DNA of 64,000 nt from an uncultured Candidatus Saccharibacteria bacterium. Lineage in GTDB: Bacteria > Patescibacteriota > Minisyncoccia > Phycocordibacterales > UBA2100. The notes below the pieces were generated by a model. It saw nothing but the letters and a program-made list of their open reading frames with translations. It did no database searches and was not told the DNA's origin. Shown here piece after piece: positions 47,666 to 57,024 of this stretch; the first letter of the stretch is position 1, and each line of letters starts with the position of its first letter. The stretch lies in NCBI GenBank assembly GCA_964623775.1, contig CAZUVH010000003.1, positions 5,739-69,738 of the forward strand, read 5' to 3'. Made by a program: the position numbers and the translations under genes.

Positions 47666-48250
47666 TTGAAATCCACGAGGCCTCTTGTAGAATGCCCGCG
47701 CATGTCTGTCGTTAACCGTCCCACGATCAAGGGAGCATACATCCTCAGCCATATACAGGCTCTTCTCGATGAGCGTGGCGGCGGGGCAGTCGAGGAATTG
47801 AGAAAGCGATATGGTAAGTCTCTCGACTTCAAAAGCGACGAATACGTACCTGTTAGAACAGAAGTGGAAGTATTGGAACATATCGTCGATATTTCCACAC
47901 CGAAAAAACTCTCTCCGGATGAGCGCGCACTCCTTGCGGGGCGGCTCGCTTTTAAGAATTTCACCTCCTCGCTGCTGTGGAGAGCACTCATGCCGCTTGT
48001 CCACACGAATCCCAAGGCAGCGCTCATGCGCGCTCATCACATTGCGAGCCAGGTTTTTCAAGGTGTTGTTTTTACACCCGAGGATGCGGGTGTATCGACG
48101 GTGAATATGAAGCTTGAGAACAACGATTATCCGCTCGCGTATTTCCAAGGATTCTTTGAGGAAGGGCTCGTGGTCGCGCATCTGACTGGTGCAGTAGAAG
48201 CCGATACAGACTCCCGCGGGGCCTACGTGTACACCATCACCTGGAAATAA
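47666..48250 (+). CDS. hypothetical protein
   Basis: 194-aa ORF, no recognisable motif. Confidence 0.4.
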   Translation: MKSTRPLVECPRMSVVNRPTIKGAYILSHIQALLDERGGGAVEELRKRYGKSLDFKSDEYVPVRTEVEVLEHIVDISTPKKLSPDERALLAGRLAFKNFTSSLLWRALMPLVHTNPKAALMRAHHIASQVFQGVVFTPEDAGVSTVNMKLENNDYPLAYFQGFFEEGLVVAHLTGAVEADTDSRGAYVYTITWK

Positions 48251-48254
48251 TCAC

Positions 48255-48683
48255 TTACGCCCAAAATCCGAGGACGATTCCCATCGCAAGGAGCAAGACG
48301 AGATAGTAGCTCGCGTTGATGACCCAGAGCATCCAGGGCTTGCCGTCCCACAAGACGGTACCGATCGTCACTGGTGCAATAAATCCGAGCCAGCTCCAAA
48401 ACGCCGCTTGTAAACCAGCAGAGACACCGGTCACATTGAGGAACGCGCCGGCAAATACGATCGAGTGCGCGAGTACGTACGCCATGACGAGTGCACCGAC
48501 GAAGGTGATCGCATATGCGGGGCGCGCCTTTTTCTGCATCTCGGCCATTTTTTCAGGCGTCATAGGGCCCCATCCCATTAATTCTGACCACTTTTTCCCA
48601 AAAAGCGGACCGTACCAGAGAAATCCGATAACCATCGCGACGATAGCGGAAAGCAATACTGCCAAATAATTAATTGGAACCAT
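48255..48683 (-). CDS. DUF1761-like small membrane protein
   Basis: 142 aa, 4 TM; …VIGFLWYGPLFGKKW… resembles the DUF1761 family. Confidence 0.45.
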   Translation of the reverse strand: MVPINYLAVLLSAIVAMVIGFLWYGPLFGKKWSELMGWGPMTPEKMAEMQKKARPAYAITFVGALVMAYVLAHSIVFAGAFLNVTGVSAGLQAAFWSWLGFIAPVTIGTVLWDGKPWMLWVINASYYLVLLLAMGIVLGFWA

Positions 48684-48757
48684 AAGAGAAGTTTTACCCC
48701 GATAATATGGTAAGGATGTGAGGTATTACATGTATTGTCAATAATGAAAAGAAAAAG

Positions 48758-48786
48758 GTCCGACGTGCATACGCACACGCCGGACC
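48758..48786 (-). terminator. hairpin ggtccg-acgtgcatacgcacacg-ccggacc, followed on the minus strand by TTTTTCTTTTC
   Basis: Directly downstream of the Gfo/Idh/MocA gene. Confidence 0.6.
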
Positions 48787-48793
48787 GATTTTG

Positions 48794-49753
48794 TTAGCAA
48801 CGAACATTGATGCGCCGTACACCTTCGTTCTGGAGGATAATACCAGCTTCGGTATTCATAAGCATTTCAGCACGTGATAGATAGCCAGCTTGTTCCCAAG
48901 TGATCTGGCAATCACCGAAGTCAGCATTAACCTTCTTGAGTCGGCCGTCGTAATCGATCGCGAGATCGGATTTGATGTAGGTCTGCTTCTGATCGTGGTT
49001 CTTGTAGTATGCCTGACCATGCATCATGTCGAGTTCGACTTCGCCTCGCTCAAACCGCACACGACACCACTCGGGGTACACGTGATTCTTCAATCGGCGC
49101 GTGCCGCGGAAGTGGAAAGTGATGCCGTCGTCGCGCTTGCCAGCCACCTCGTAACGATCAAAGCTGTCGTGGAGTTTCCACGCATTGAGCCCCTTGATGC
49201 CAAACAGACAGTTCATGAGATCGATCTCGTGATTGAGATGATCGAGCAGCAGACTGCGCGCATGCTTCCACTCATTGGAAGGGGCGTGATAAGAAAAGTC
49301 GAAATCAAAACTGATCACCTTACCGAAATCAAGAAAGATTCCGGAATGAGCCAGTTCGTGCCTGAGCCATTCGATCGGCCTGTCGTACCTTCGCGGATGG
49401 CACGACGTGAGGACGAGCTTTTTCTTGGCCGCGAGATCGAACGCTGCCTCGAGCATTGCAATATCTTCGCCAGGTACCATGAGCGGCTTTTCGCAGAACA
49501 CGTGTTTGCCGGCATTGAGCGCCAATTCGATCTGCTTGAGATGAAACTGTTCAGGCGAACAGATCATGACAGCCTGGACTTCCTCTTCGGCGAGCATTTC
49601 CTCGAGCGTGTTCCACTTGAGAGCACTGGGAAAGTTCTCCAGCACGGTCTTGTCGGGGTCCCATGCGCTATGGGCAAAGAGGTGACCGTCGAGATTGTCG
49701 ACATGATGCCTCGCGTGTCTGCCGCAGCCAATGATTCCGAGGGGGATCGGCAT
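48794..49753 (-). CDS. Gfo/Idh/MocA-family NAD(P)-dependent oxidoreductase
   Basis: N-terminal …LGIIGCGRHARHH… Rossmann motif; …EKPL… and C-terminal alpha/beta domain. Confidence 0.75.
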   Translation of the reverse strand: MPIPLGIIGCGRHARHHVDNLDGHLFAHSAWDPDKTVLENFPSALKWNTLEEMLAEEEVQAVMICSPEQFHLKQIELALNAGKHVFCEKPLMVPGEDIAMLEAAFDLAAKKKLVLTSCHPRRYDRPIEWLRHELAHSGIFLDFGKVISFDFDFSYHAPSNEWKHARSLLLDHLNHEIDLMNCLFGIKGLNAWKLHDSFDRYEVAGKRDDGITFHFRGTRRLKNHVYPEWCRVRFERGEVELDMMHGQAYYKNHDQKQTYIKSDLAIDYDGRLKKVNADFGDCQITWEQAGYLSRAEMLMNTEAGIILQNEGVRRINVRC

Positions 49754-49941
49754 CTCGCATCCTTTCGATGAGTGTCAGTGCTGTATAAACCGATGAGATT
49801 TTACATCAAAAACACATTATGTCAATAGTGGATATCGGGTAGCGTCCACCTGTACGGGTGTCATACTTGCGGGGTAAGCAAAAAGCTTCCTGCAAAGGCA
49901 GGGGTCGAAATTAAAAGAAATAATCAATCAATGTTTTTATT

Positions 49942-50184
49942 ATGAAATGGATGCATATGGTTACCTGGATACTCGTCATAGTGGGCGGCGTCAATTGGGG
50001 ACTCGTGGGCTTGGGCGCCTTCATGATGAAAGACTGGAATCTCGTTCACATGATCTTGGGCTCAATGCCGCAGGTCGAGTGGGCAGTCTACGTGCTCGTC
50101 GGTCTCGCAGCAGTCTACGAGATCGTCATGCACAAGAAGATCTGCAAGGATTGCGGCGTTTCCGCAGCTCCTTCGACGATGTAG
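49942..50184 (+). CDS. DUF378 family small membrane protein
   Basis: …ILVIVGGVNWGLVGLGAF… hallmark of DUF378. Confidence 0.65.
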   Translation: MKWMHMVTWILVIVGGVNWGLVGLGAFMMKDWNLVHMILGSMPQVEWAVYVLVGLAAVYEIVMHKKICKDCGVSAAPSTM

Positions 50185-50205
50185 TGCGATTTGTAGAAAG
50201 AAGGC

Positions 50206-50229
50206 AAAACCGCCCGAAAGGGCGGTTTT
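50206..50229 (+). terminator. terminator hairpin aaaaccgccc-gaaa-gggcggtttt
   Basis: Perfect 10-bp stem after the DUF378 stop. Confidence 0.65.
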
Positions 50230-50255
50230 GTGTACCTACACCCGCTCTTCACGAG

Positions 50256-50371
50256 GTGTGGTACACCATGACACCAATAGAGTCGGATTTGGATGTCTGG
50301 ATGCGCGTCACAACTATTTGCACGTTTTCCAGTCTATCTCGAATTCGACAGCTATTGGTGTGATGGTACAC
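50256..50371. promoter_or_regulatory. second copy of the palindromic element: arms GTGTGGTACACCATGACACCAATAG / CTATTGGTGTGATGGTACAC about 70 bp apart, upstream of a TATAAT box
   Basis: The right arm CAGCTATTGGTGTGATGGTACAC is near-identical to 38798-38819. TATAAT at 50380-50385; ATG at 50409. Confidence 0.45.
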
Positions 50372-50408
50372 TCTTTTTCTATAATCAATCTTTTAAATCA
50401 CTCATCGT

Positions 50409-50906
50409 ATGAAAACACTTATTTGGATCACAGTTGCACTTATTATCCTCGCGGGAGCGTGGTGGTATTTTGGAATGTCGGTCGCGACAGCACCAATACC
50501 GACACCCACGACTGACACTGTTTCACCGAACCCCGCTACGACAACCGACAACGCGACGACTACAGGCACAACTACAGATACTGGCGCCAGTGCCGCGCCC
50601 ATGAGCGTTACGGTCGTGTACGGTTCGCAGGGTTTTACCCCGGCGACGGTCACGATCGCGAAGGGCGGCTCAGTCAAATGGGTCAATGAGAGCGGTTCGT
50701 CGATGTGGGTAGCAACTGATGAGCACCCCTCGCACATCGTGTACGCCGGCACTACGCGTCAGCAGCACTGTCCTGATGCAAGCGGCGAGGCTTTCGATCA
50801 GTGCGCGCCGGGCAATGACTACTCGTTTACCTTCAGCAAGACGGGGTTATGGCAGTATCATGATCACATGAACGCTGCTCGTGGCGGTACTGTCGTCGTA
50901 CAATAG
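50409..50906 (+). CDS. membrane-anchored secreted protein, possibly a cupredoxin-like metal-binding domain
   Basis: N-terminal TM, Thr/Pro-rich linker, ~100-aa beta-rich domain with …DEHPSH…QHCPD…DQCAPG…YHDHM… (His/Cys/Met cluster). Family assignment tentative. Confidence 0.35.
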   Translation: MKTLIWITVALIILAGAWWYFGMSVATAPIPTPTTDTVSPNPATTTDNATTTGTTTDTGASAAPMSVTVVYGSQGFTPATVTIAKGGSVKWVNESGSSMWVATDEHPSHIVYAGTTRQQHCPDASGEAFDQCAPGNDYSFTFSKTGLWQYHDHMNAARGGTVVVQ

Positions 50907-50976
50907 AGCCTTTTTAGAGTTTTTTCGAAAAACATATACACACCGCAATCTTCAGTTTGCCTCGCTGTGCGCTACT

Positions 50977-51897
50977 ATGAATGCAATGCAACGCTTCGGA
51001 AAGGGGCTTATGTTTGTGAGCGCATTCCTATGGATAGTTGCCGGCGCTGTCGTTTTTTCTTCGAATACGTCGGGGGATCCGCCTCGCTTCGCTCATAATG
51101 TCGGCGCACCTGCGCAGGTCGCTGGTGCTGAAGCAGCGCTCACCTATGGCAGTAATTTCACGGCATCCACCGTTGTACAGGCTGTAAATAGCGTGATATC
51201 CGATCGATCTGCTTCCGTGCCATGGGAGGGGCCATACTACGTCGAATATCACGGAGATGCCCCGGTCGTCCAGCAAGAAGTGATAATAGACGAAAAGAAG
51301 CCGTGGTACGTCCAGGTGTTTGGGGGTTTGGGTACGATGGTTCACAATCTCATCCCCGGCAATACCTCGTCTGCATACAGTGTGTCTGCCCCTCAGGCTT
51401 CAAGAGCCGCGAAGCCGATGCCCCCCGCATGCACCATATCGATCATTCCTAATTCCGTACCGTATGGCGGCTCAGCCACTGTCACATGGACATCCCGCAA
51501 CGCCGACCACATTGTTTTCCAGGGAGTAGGCGAAGTGGCTCCGAGTGGCTCGCTTCCGGTCACGAAGATTACATCAACACGCGCACTCGCACTCGCCGTC
51601 GTTGGCGTGGGTGGTCTGAGTAGTTCATGCTACACCGTCGTCAACGTGGAGCCGGTGATTGTCGAGCAACCCTCATGTGTTATCTCTGCGCTCCCAGCTA
51701 CGATCCACGAAGGAGAGGTAATAAAGCTCTCGTGGGGTTCACAGAATGCCGCACAAGCCCTACTTGAAGGGCAAGGCATAGTATCGACGATGGGCGGCAT
51801 GGAGCTTACGCCGTCGAAGACCACAACTTACGTCCTCAATGTGGATTCTGAATTCGGCGATACCTTCACCTGCGAGACGACGGTCACGGTCGAGTAA
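50977..51897 (+). CDS. secreted hypothetical protein with two Ig-like beta-sandwich repeats
   Basis: Start at MNAMQRFGKGLMFVSAFLWIVAGAVVFS (signal/anchor). Two C-terminal ~90-aa repeats with conserved Cys (…ACTISIIPNSVPYGGSATVTWTS… / …SCVISALPATIHEGEVIKLSWGS…). Confidence 0.45.
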   Translation: MNAMQRFGKGLMFVSAFLWIVAGAVVFSSNTSGDPPRFAHNVGAPAQVAGAEAALTYGSNFTASTVVQAVNSVISDRSASVPWEGPYYVEYHGDAPVVQQEVIIDEKKPWYVQVFGGLGTMVHNLIPGNTSSAYSVSAPQASRAAKPMPPACTISIIPNSVPYGGSATVTWTSRNADHIVFQGVGEVAPSGSLPVTKITSTRALALAVVGVGGLSSSCYTVVNVEPVIVEQPSCVISALPATIHEGEVIKLSWGSQNAAQALLEGQGIVSTMGGMELTPSKTTTYVLNVDSEFGDTFTCETTVTVE

Positions 51898-52145
51898 CAC
51901 ATCTCAGCACTCCTGTACCAACTAGTTTCTATTTTAAGGCTGTAATTAAGGTTTTTTTAGGTTTTGGAAAAAACCGCTTATTTTTTTTGCTTTTTTTACG
52001 CACAATAAAGCATTACTGAGTAGAGATGGGGGATTTGAGGGGTTTTGGGGCCGCTATGAGTTGTCCACCATGGCAATAGCGTGAATGCAGAGGGTAGGGT
52101 AGAGTGTAGGGACTATAAGAATTAAATAAGTAAACCAATTTACGT

Positions 52146-52403
52146 ATGGTACGAAAAATGAATCCTGCATTGCTCAAGCCCCTCAACCTCTCGGCAGATC
52201 TCGAGGCCGTTGTGGGCAAGGGTCCGAAGCCTCGCTCTGAGGTAGTGAAGGGTCTCTGGGCATATATCAAGAAGAACGATCTCCAGAATCCGAAGAACAA
52301 GCGCAATATCTTGGCTGACGACAAGCTCGTGAAGGTATTCGGGGGCAAGAAGGAAGTCAACATGTTCGAGATGACGAAGCTCGTCTCGGCACACATGAAA
52401 TAA
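52146..52403 (+). CDS. SWIB/MDM2 domain protein
   Basis: …LSADLEAVVGKGPKPRSEVVKGLWAYIKKNDLQNPKNKRNILADDKLVKVFGGKKEVNMFEMTKLVSAHM matches the SWIB/MDM2 domain essentially end-to-end. Confidence 0.75.
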   Translation: MVRKMNPALLKPLNLSADLEAVVGKGPKPRSEVVKGLWAYIKKNDLQNPKNKRNILADDKLVKVFGGKKEVNMFEMTKLVSAHMK

Positions 52404-52417
52404 TCTTTCCGAAATAA

Positions 52418-52459
52418 AAACCAAGAGGCCGCCCCCACAAGGGGCGGCCTCTTGGTTTG
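52418..52459. terminator. long bidirectional hairpin aaaccaagaggccgcccc-caca-aggggcggcctcttggttt
   Basis: Perfect 18-bp stem between convergent genes. Confidence 0.7.
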
Positions 52460-52467
52460 GGCACTGA

Positions 52468-53301
52468 TCAAACGGTGAGGAGCGCGATTCCTATCGCTAC
52501 GAGGACAAAGAGGGTTGCCTTGAGTGCGAATTGTCTCTCATGGAAGTAGAAGCGACCCGAAATAACGGAAAAGAGAACTGAAAAGGCACGAAGAGCGGCG
52601 GTAATGACCGACGCGGGAGCAAAGAGGAGCGCATATGCACCGGATATGCTCGCAAGTCCCATCGAAGCACTTTGGAGGACAAACACAGGTCTGGCGAGGA
52701 AGGAAAATGGATTCTCTTTGGCGACAAAGACAGCGAGGAGGATGAAGTAAAGCAGCAGTACGACAGTGACTATACCTTGCTCCGTCTCGACGGCATTGAA
52801 ATGCGTGATGTTGTATTTGTAGAGGGAGATCGTCGCCACCGCATTAATAGCAGATGCAAAAAGGAGCCATCGTGCCTTGGTGTGAAAATGCTCGAAATAA
52901 AGAAGGATGATTATTGCGGCGAAGATAAGTGCCATCCCCATAATCTGGAGCGGAAAGATCACATACCCAAGCGCAAGATCAACGAAGAGAAGAAGAGGTA
53001 CGGTGACACTGCGTATGAGTCCGAAATCGCCGCGATCCGATTTCACAAGGGCCTTGATGGAGATGTGGGCCTGGAAGATTTCGAGACAAAGGCGTGGCAA
53101 AAACGTGGGTAGCGATGCGAGCGAAAACACAAAACTTTGCTTGTAGATGCTTATTGCAGCAAAGAAAATAACTGAGGAGAGCAAACTGAGGACCCCAAGG
53201 GTGTAATAGCTCTCGGCGCGCTTACGCACTTCGTATTTTCCGATCGATTCCGACAATTCAGCGAGTCCACTCGCGACTGCCGCAAGAATAATGCCAAACA
53301 T
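52468..53301 (-). CDS. DMT-superfamily (EamA-like) transporter
   Basis: About 10 TM helices in two similar halves; start placed at MFGIILAAV to avoid overlap with the upstream gene. Confidence 0.5.
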   Translation of the reverse strand: MFGIILAAVASGLAELSESIGKYEVRKRAESYYTLGVLSLLSSVIFFAAISIYKQSFVFSLASLPTFLPRLCLEIFQAHISIKALVKSDRGDFGLIRSVTVPLLLFVDLALGYVIFPLQIMGMALIFAAIIILLYFEHFHTKARWLLFASAINAVATISLYKYNITHFNAVETEQGIVTVVLLLYFILLAVFVAKENPFSFLARPVFVLQSASMGLASISGAYALLFAPASVITAALRAFSVLFSVISGRFYFHERQFALKATLFVLVAIGIALLTV

Positions 53302-53353
53302 TCCTTCATCGTAGCAAACAAAAAGCCCGCCGAGGCGGGCTTGAGTAAAAAGA

Positions 53354-53977
53354 TTACAATTGAAGGAACTTCTCCGCGGCCTCGACGGCTGTTTGGAAGT
53401 CGTCCTCATTCTCTAGATAGACGGGATTATTCCGGACAATGTTGAGCCAGTCGCGGACGTCATACTGCGCCGTGAAGTCCTTACGGTACCTCATCGTCAT
53501 TTGAATCTGATGGAGGCGCGCATTCAGTACAATTCGCGAGGCACGAGCCCTATCGGATTCTGATGTTGTTGATGCGTTCGCGATGTCCTCGGCCTTAGCG
53601 GCGACGCCACCTGAATTTCCGAGGGCGATCTCCCATTTGCCGAGCTCCGGCAGGATAAGACCGGCGATGTTCATCTCGGCAAAAAGTCTGCCGAGTGGAT
53701 CACCTGCTTTGTCCGCTTCTTCCGCCGACCGTTCAGCAAGTTGCTGGGAATCCTCGAGATGTTCAGTGCGCGCCGCACCTTCGTTTTCCATCGCGATCTG
53801 GTACTTTCCCATGTGGTATTCGTACGAAATCTTACTGCGCACTCCCCATGTCTTTTTTGATCCATCGTCAGGAAGTATCTGGCGGAGAAGACCATCGAGC
53901 GGAATCATTATTCCATACTGCTTCGCACGGCGCGCCGATTCGAATGCAGCGAGTAGGTCGTTGATAAGCTTGTCCAT
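53354..53977 (-). CDS. hypothetical protein
   Basis: 207-aa acidic, helical ORF; no recognisable motif. Confidence 0.4.
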   Translation of the reverse strand: MDKLINDLLAAFESARRAKQYGIMIPLDGLLRQILPDDGSKKTWGVRSKISYEYHMGKYQIAMENEGAARTEHLEDSQQLAERSAEEADKAGDPLGRLFAEMNIAGLILPELGKWEIALGNSGGVAAKAEDIANASTTSESDRARASRIVLNARLHQIQMTMRYRKDFTAQYDVRDWLNIVRNNPVYLENEDDFQTAVEAAEKFLQL

Positions 53978-54059
53978 TTACCACTCCCAGGCAGGGTTAA
54001 TTATCGTCCGGGCAGTATTTAATCACAAAAACGAGAAAAATCAAGTAAAACTGTAAAAC

Positions 54060-54839
54060 TTAGAGCTGCAGCGTTGTACCGACCGCGAGATGGTCTGAGA
54101 CGCGGTGGGGGAAAGTGCGGTAGTCGCTCATCGTGAGGTGCGGTGAAGTCATGATCCAATCGATACGGCGTGTCGGGCGGATTGCCGGGAAGGTGTGGAG
54201 GCTCCTGTCGCTCTCACCGAATTTATGAGTGGAGACGCCGAGCTTGGACATGAGAGATTTGATGTGTGGGGAGCGCATCGATCCATTGAGATCGCCACCG
54301 ATAACGAGAGGACCTTTTTCTTTGAGTGAATGGGAGAGCTGCTCGATCTGTACGTGGCGCGATCGTGTTTTCAATATATCGAACGAGACAAGGTGTACAG
54401 ATGCCACGGTGAGCGTGACACCCGGAGACACCGTGAGCGTCGCACTCAAGAAGCCTTTGCGCGGCGTGGGGAATGAGAGCTCGAATTTTACATTCTCCAC
54501 ATCGGTCATTGGATAGCGCGAGATGATGCCGCAGCCAGCGGAATAGATCAGCCGGTCGCGACGGTGGAGTTCGCTCGAGGCGCCATATGCCGAGTACTGA
54601 TGGCCGATCTTGGATTGGATATAGGAGAGCTGATCAATCTTGCGTGTGAGTGGGGAGGTGCGATCGACTTCCTGTAAGAGCACGACGTCGGCATCGTATG
54701 AGCCAATGAGGTCTACTATTCTGTCGAGATTTTCTATCGCCATTCTTTCGGGGATATAGACGCGGGGGAGCGTATGGCCCGCATTCCACCCGTGTTGGAT
54801 GTTGAGAGAGATGATACGCACATCTTCCTTCGGGCGCAT
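54060..54839 (-). CDS. endonuclease/exonuclease/phosphatase (EEP) family protein
   Basis: …IISLNIQHG…, …VVLLQEVD…, …GGDLNGS…, …IDWIMTS…SDHLAV… EEP catalytic motifs. Confidence 0.7.
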   Translation of the reverse strand: MRPKEDVRIISLNIQHGWNAGHTLPRVYIPERMAIENLDRIVDLIGSYDADVVLLQEVDRTSPLTRKIDQLSYIQSKIGHQYSAYGASSELHRRDRLIYSAGCGIISRYPMTDVENVKFELSFPTPRKGFLSATLTVSPGVTLTVASVHLVSFDILKTRSRHVQIEQLSHSLKEKGPLVIGGDLNGSMRSPHIKSLMSKLGVSTHKFGESDRSLHTFPAIRPTRRIDWIMTSPHLTMSDYRTFPHRVSDHLAVGTTLQL

Positions 54840-54949
54840 GTGTGCAGTATACCGTGCGAGAAGTGTGGAGATGAAGAAGGCGCTTGCATAGAATGCTCTA
54901 CAGTGCTGTACTAGCTACAGTTTCATAAGGCTTCAGAGAGGAGGGTGTC

Positions 54950-55606
54950 GTGCAGAGTGTTTTTGTATACGCAGTAGCAGCGATTCTGCTCCTCGTGACG
55001 CCCTTTACGGCGTCTGCGCAAGGGCAATCGCGATCAGAGCTCGTGACGGGCGACACTGTTCCTGCCCTCGGTGGCTGGAATGTCTATTGTCGGGATTATG
55101 TGTATATGTGCGCAGTTGAGCGTACGGGCAAAGCGGTCGTTGCTCTGACTGAAGAGTCTCGGCGCGTGATCGAAGATGTGAACAACGAGGTCAACGCACG
55201 TATCCACTATTTGCCCGACATTGATCATTGGGGCAGCGATATTCGCCGATATGTCTATTCCAACGGCGACACCGACAAGTGGGATCACGCAGAAGATGGG
55301 TACGGGGATTGCGAAGATTTCGCGCTGCTGAAACAAAAGTTGTTGATCGAGAAAGGTTTCCCGCGATCGGCAGTCTTGTTGACCCGAGTCGAAGGCGAGC
55401 AGCCCGACGCGACGGGCATCGGACACTTGATCCTTATGGTGAGAACAGACCAAGGGGATTTTCTTTTGGACGACGCAACAATGAAAAGGCCGCTCTTTCG
55501 TTGGTGGGAAAGCTCTTATAGATTCCTGTCACGGCAGTCAGAGGAGCACCCCAATGTGTGGGTCGCGCTCCATAAGCCGGCGCTCATAAGCGAGCAGAAC
55601 AACTGA
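54950..55606 (+). CDS. periplasmic transglutaminase-like cysteine protease (BTLCP / LapG-like, peptidase C93), copy 1
   Basis: Signal peptide …TPFTASA|QG. …DKWDHAEDGYGDCEDFALLKQ… (catalytic Cys), …GHLILMV… (His), …LLDDATM… (Asp) form the C-H-D triad layout of the BTLCP family. GTG start with AGGAGG RBS. Confidence 0.65.
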   Translation: MQSVFVYAVAAILLLVTPFTASAQGQSRSELVTGDTVPALGGWNVYCRDYVYMCAVERTGKAVVALTEESRRVIEDVNNEVNARIHYLPDIDHWGSDIRRYVYSNGDTDKWDHAEDGYGDCEDFALLKQKLLIEKGFPRSAVLLTRVEGEQPDATGIGHLILMVRTDQGDFLLDDATMKRPLFRWWESSYRFLSRQSEEHPNVWVALHKPALISEQNN

Positions 55607-55756
55607 TCCCGCCCTTTCTACGGAAAGAGCGGGATTTTCTTTTGGATAATTACATCTTCATACGGATGTGAGACACTTATTCGGGAACTTGCAAATTATA
55701 CTGTATGTGGTATAATACAAATCTGTTCTTTTCATAGCCAGACATAGGAGGCAGGA

Positions 55757-56389
55757 GTGCGGAAAGTGATCAAGTGTCTTGGGGTGGCATTCGTGCTGCT
55801 CTTCGCGTCGGTCGCTTCTGCGCAGCAGATCCGGCCAAGTCCAGAAATCATAGTCGGCGAAGTCACCACGACACCTGTCGGGTGGAATAGGTTCTGCGTG
55901 GACTACAAGTCCGAGTGCGACGTGCAGCCGATGGAAGATCGGAAGGTGGTCCTCGATGCGAAAGTATGGAGGAATCTGCAGGCCGTCAATACGATGGTCA
56001 ATCGGCAGATCAAGCCAAAGCCCGACCTCGAGCATTGGGGGACGTCTCTCAAGCCGTACGTGTATCGCGGCTTGGTCGAGAAGTGGGACTTTGCCGAGGA
56101 TGGTTACGGCGATTGTGACGAGTATGTCCTCGTCAAACGCCGAGAACTTCTGCGGCAGGGCTGGCCGCGTTCGTCACTTCTCGTGACGGTCGTAAAGAGG
56201 CCCGATGGAGAAATCCATGCGGTCCTCACGGTCCGGACCACCCATGGCGACCTCGTCCTCGACAACATGGCCAATGAAATCAAAGGATGGTGGCAGACGC
56301 CATACGATTACATCAAGAGGCAGTCTGCCGAGGATCCCAACAAATGGCTTGCTCTGCGCAAGCCTGGGGTCATGAGTGTCAGACAATAA
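55757..56389 (+). CDS. periplasmic transglutaminase-like cysteine protease (BTLCP / LapG-like), copy 2 (tandem paralog)
   Basis: Signal peptide …LFASVASA|QQ. …EKWDFAEDGYGDCDEYVLVKR…, …HAVLTVRT…, …VLDNMAN… Same architecture as copy 1. Confidence 0.65.
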   Translation: MRKVIKCLGVAFVLLFASVASAQQIRPSPEIIVGEVTTTPVGWNRFCVDYKSECDVQPMEDRKVVLDAKVWRNLQAVNTMVNRQIKPKPDLEHWGTSLKPYVYRGLVEKWDFAEDGYGDCDEYVLVKRRELLRQGWPRSSLLVTVVKRPDGEIHAVLTVRTTHGDLVLDNMANEIKGWWQTPYDYIKRQSAEDPNKWLALRKPGVMSVRQ

Positions 56390-56472
56390 TTATGAGGCTC
56401 CGCATGCTGCGGAGCCTTTTCTTTTTATCGAAATTTCATCTTGATCACATACATGAACGCTACAGTAGCTTC

Positions 56473-57024
56473 ATGATGTATTCGTGGCGTCTCCCTCGGG
56501 CCGACTTTTTTCGGCCATATCTCCACGGGACATTCGACGCACGTTCGCGATCCGGCATTTTTGCTGCTTTAGCGGTATCCATTTCACTTACGTTTTTAAT
56601 AGCAACGATCGTCCAGGGCTATCAGGACACTTCGGCCGACACTCTCCCCGGCATCCCAAAAACAGGGGAAGTGCTTCGCGTCACCGATAGGGTCGTGGCG
56701 ACCACGAGCGCTCCTGTAGCGGTAAGGAGTCATCCTATGCGCGAGGTGCACGTGGCCAACAACGGCGCGGTGTATCTGCGCGGTGCGCGAATCACCGCGA
56801 TTAGTTCATCATCGATCACCGTATCTTCCGGATGGGGATCGATGGATTTTTCGTGGGACGTGGTCACAGGGATCGGCACACGGTATATCAATGCAAAAGG
56901 TGAAGCGATTAAGCGAAGCAGTCTCAAGGTGGGTACCATCGTCGCAGTGACGGGCGTGCTTGATGAAAGCGCACACTCAGCCTCTATGCGCGGACAATAC
57001 ATCCGCGTGAGTAAATCAAATTAG
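56473..57024 (+). CDS. hypothetical membrane-anchored secreted protein
   Basis: TM anchor IFAALAVSISLTFLIATIV then a ~140-aa beta-rich domain; start uncertain (alternative Met at 56392). Confidence 0.4.
   Translation: MMYSWRLPRADFFRPYLHGTFDARSRSGIFAALAVSISLTFLIATIVQGYQDTSADTLPGIPKTGEVLRVTDRVVATTSAPVAVRSHPMREVHVANNGAVYLRGARITAISSSSITVSSGWGSMDFSWDVVTGIGTRYINAKGEAIKRSSLKVGTIVAVTGVLDESAHSASMRGQYIRVSKSN

Noticed and set aside
48890-49771. 293-aa plus-strand ORF
   Set aside because: Antisense to the Gfo/Idh/MocA oxidoreductase.
51960-52120. AT-rich / G-run region considered as a possible tRNA or small RNA gene
   Set aside because: No cloverleaf-compatible arms or GTTCGAATCC-type T-loop found. 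Kept only as a possible promoter/G4 note under the SWIB finding.
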